Source: Octopus bimaculoides (lineage: Eukaryota). Taken from it: a DNA stretch of 64,000 nucleotides. Positions 62,305-64,000 of the stretch are shown here, piece after piece. The position numbers were made by a program, and so were the translations under genes. Positions within the stretch are counted from its first letter, which is position 1; each line of letters opens with the position of its first letter. A model generated the notes under the pieces. The model worked only from the letters and a program-made list of their open reading frames with translations, was not told the origin of the DNA and did no database searches. The stretch covers positions 17,127,397 to 17,191,396 of the forward strand of contig NC_068991.1 in the NCBI RefSeq assembly GCF_001194135.2. Direction: 5' to 3'.

Positions 62305-62604
62305 CTACATATTTTCCACTGCGGTTTTGAACTCCTCGATTCGTTTTTCTATTTCACTGATAAGTTCACTCTCTCTGGCCCTCGGATGATCTTTAACGTA
62401 GGCAGCAATAGACATAATGGTTTGGTTCCTTAGCGCTTCGATTTTTGGTTCATCGGACACCCTCTTCCAAATATTGTGAACGACTCTACCCAAAGTGACA
62501 GCCTTATAGAAAGACGAATCTTGCTGGTAAAGCCAATGTAATGCCGAAATCTGCTGCAGTAATTCCACATCACTCAGTTGATCTGAAGTATTATGTGCTT
62601 CCAT
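62305..62604 (-). CDS. Uncharacterised 99-aa, probably all-helical protein, single coding exon
   Basis: Complex non-repetitive ORF with protein-like amphipathic patterning in very AT-rich surroundings; AAAATGG start context; possible acceptor (cacctag|TAAAATG) just upstream. Family not recognised. Confidence 0.65.
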   Translation of the reverse strand: MEAHNTSDQLSDVELLQQISALHWLYQQDSSFYKAVTLGRVVHNIWKRVSDEPKIEALRNQTIMSIAAYVKDHPRARESELISEIEKRIEEFKTAVENM

Positions 62605-64000
62605 TTTACTAGGTGATGATTATTTTCGTTCAAGTATTGAATGAATTAACCCGAGACGTGAAAAAGAAAGTGAACGATATTAAAATGTCCTGGCGTTGTC
62701 AAAACTTTTATTTAGTACGGATCTAATGTTGCTAACAGCTTTTGTTTATTATTTCTAATTAACATCGTACCTTTATTTATTATTAATAATGGATTGTAAA
62801 ATATTACTACATTTTTTTCTCTTTTTGTTTTATATCCTAATTTGTTTATTTTTCGTTTTTCCCCTCTCCTTTATTTTGCTCTCTCTCTCTCCCACTTGCT
62901 GTCATTCTATCTTTCTACTACCCTTAGTCTCTTTCCAACTAAAAAGCTTTTATTCTTGATCTTTCTCAATCTCTGCCTTACCTTTTCCCACTCATGTTCT
63001 TTTTTTACATGTTCTCCTTTTCACATTATCTCTCCTAATTTTTACCCTGCTTATATTTTCTTTTTCTTTATAATCGTTCCTATTATTTATCTTACCTCTA
63101 TCTTTTATCCTGTCTGTCCCATTATTTTCCCTATTCCCCTTTTTACTTTCTCCTTTACTCGCTTTTTTTTGAACTCCTTATTTTGCTCTTTCTTTCCCCT
63201 ACATCTGGAGAGAAAAAAGTGTGACCACACAACTCTTGAAAACACTACTTCTTTTTCTTTGATCTAAAATACGAAAATCTTGCTCAACTTTCCAGTTATA
63301 TTCCTGAGTTAATCCCCGCAACAAGTGGAATTGCTTTCTACCAAAATGTAATAAAGTTCTCATTGCTACCCCGTCATTAGCAAAGTTTAAAATCTTATTG
63401 CATAATCTTTCACTAAAAAATTTTACTCTGTATATTCATGTTATTAAGATAGTTATTTGATTTCTAAATTTTAATTCGAAAATTTGTGAATTTGAACAAG
63501 TTTATAAATCTTTTTAGAAGGTGGGAATAAACTCCTTGAGACCTGCAAATCATGCTAATTTTCTTCAGTCTCACAACGGATTCAACTACGAATTTAACAT
63601 GGTCACTACCATTTTCCAGCAAAATGTCTCTAGCATTCCTATCCTCATACTTTCTAAATACATTATATTTTCAAACCAAAAGCTCGTGGATTTGGATTAG
63701 TTCATTAAATCTACAGGTTGGAAAATGTAACATCCATAAATTATGCAATTTCGTTGAGCTACGATGAGTGACGGAGCAAAAAATGCTAAGCGTGTCTCCT
63801 GCGAAAAGGGTAAAAAGTAAGTTCGTCGGGTCTCTTCCCAACGTCCCTGGACACTCCCATTGGCTCTGGAATTGGTGGGATGCTCCAGCAACTCAGCCCT
63901 GTANNNNNNNNNNGGGTGGTCTCAAAAATTTTAAAGGGAAACACGCGAAATGTGTAACTGAAGGAATGTGTATTCTTCTTTATTTCGTTTATTTATCTGC

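Overview
AT-rich, microsatellite-dense eukaryotic scaffold with eight large N-gaps. The SINE and RTE repeat families look like those of octopus (inference from repeat consensus recall, no search run). Host genes: (1) a steroid 5-alpha-reductase (SRD5A1/2-like) on the minus strand, with four exons reconstructed using GT-AG sites and consistent phases (25700-25992, 18342-18508, 15731-15832, 14202-14352); its last exon was not found; (2) an intact single-coding-exon NF-YB on the plus strand (1541-2134); (3) an uncharacterised 99-aa ORF on the minus strand (62305-62604). The rest is mobile DNA: three or four SINE families, RTE, R4/Dong, HERO-like and Penelope-like relics, Tc1/mariner and hAT relics, several MITEs with clean TSDs, and a nested retroelement cluster at 27.4-37.3 kb. 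Most interesting: two divergent ORF1-only (HAL1-like) elements sharing a 3' tail with a local SINE; a U6 snRNA copy fused to a SINE tail; a 116-bp MITE carrying a telomere-like core; a Gypsy element lacking RT/RNase H; and several long hairpins, some with hammerhead-ribozyme-like remnants.
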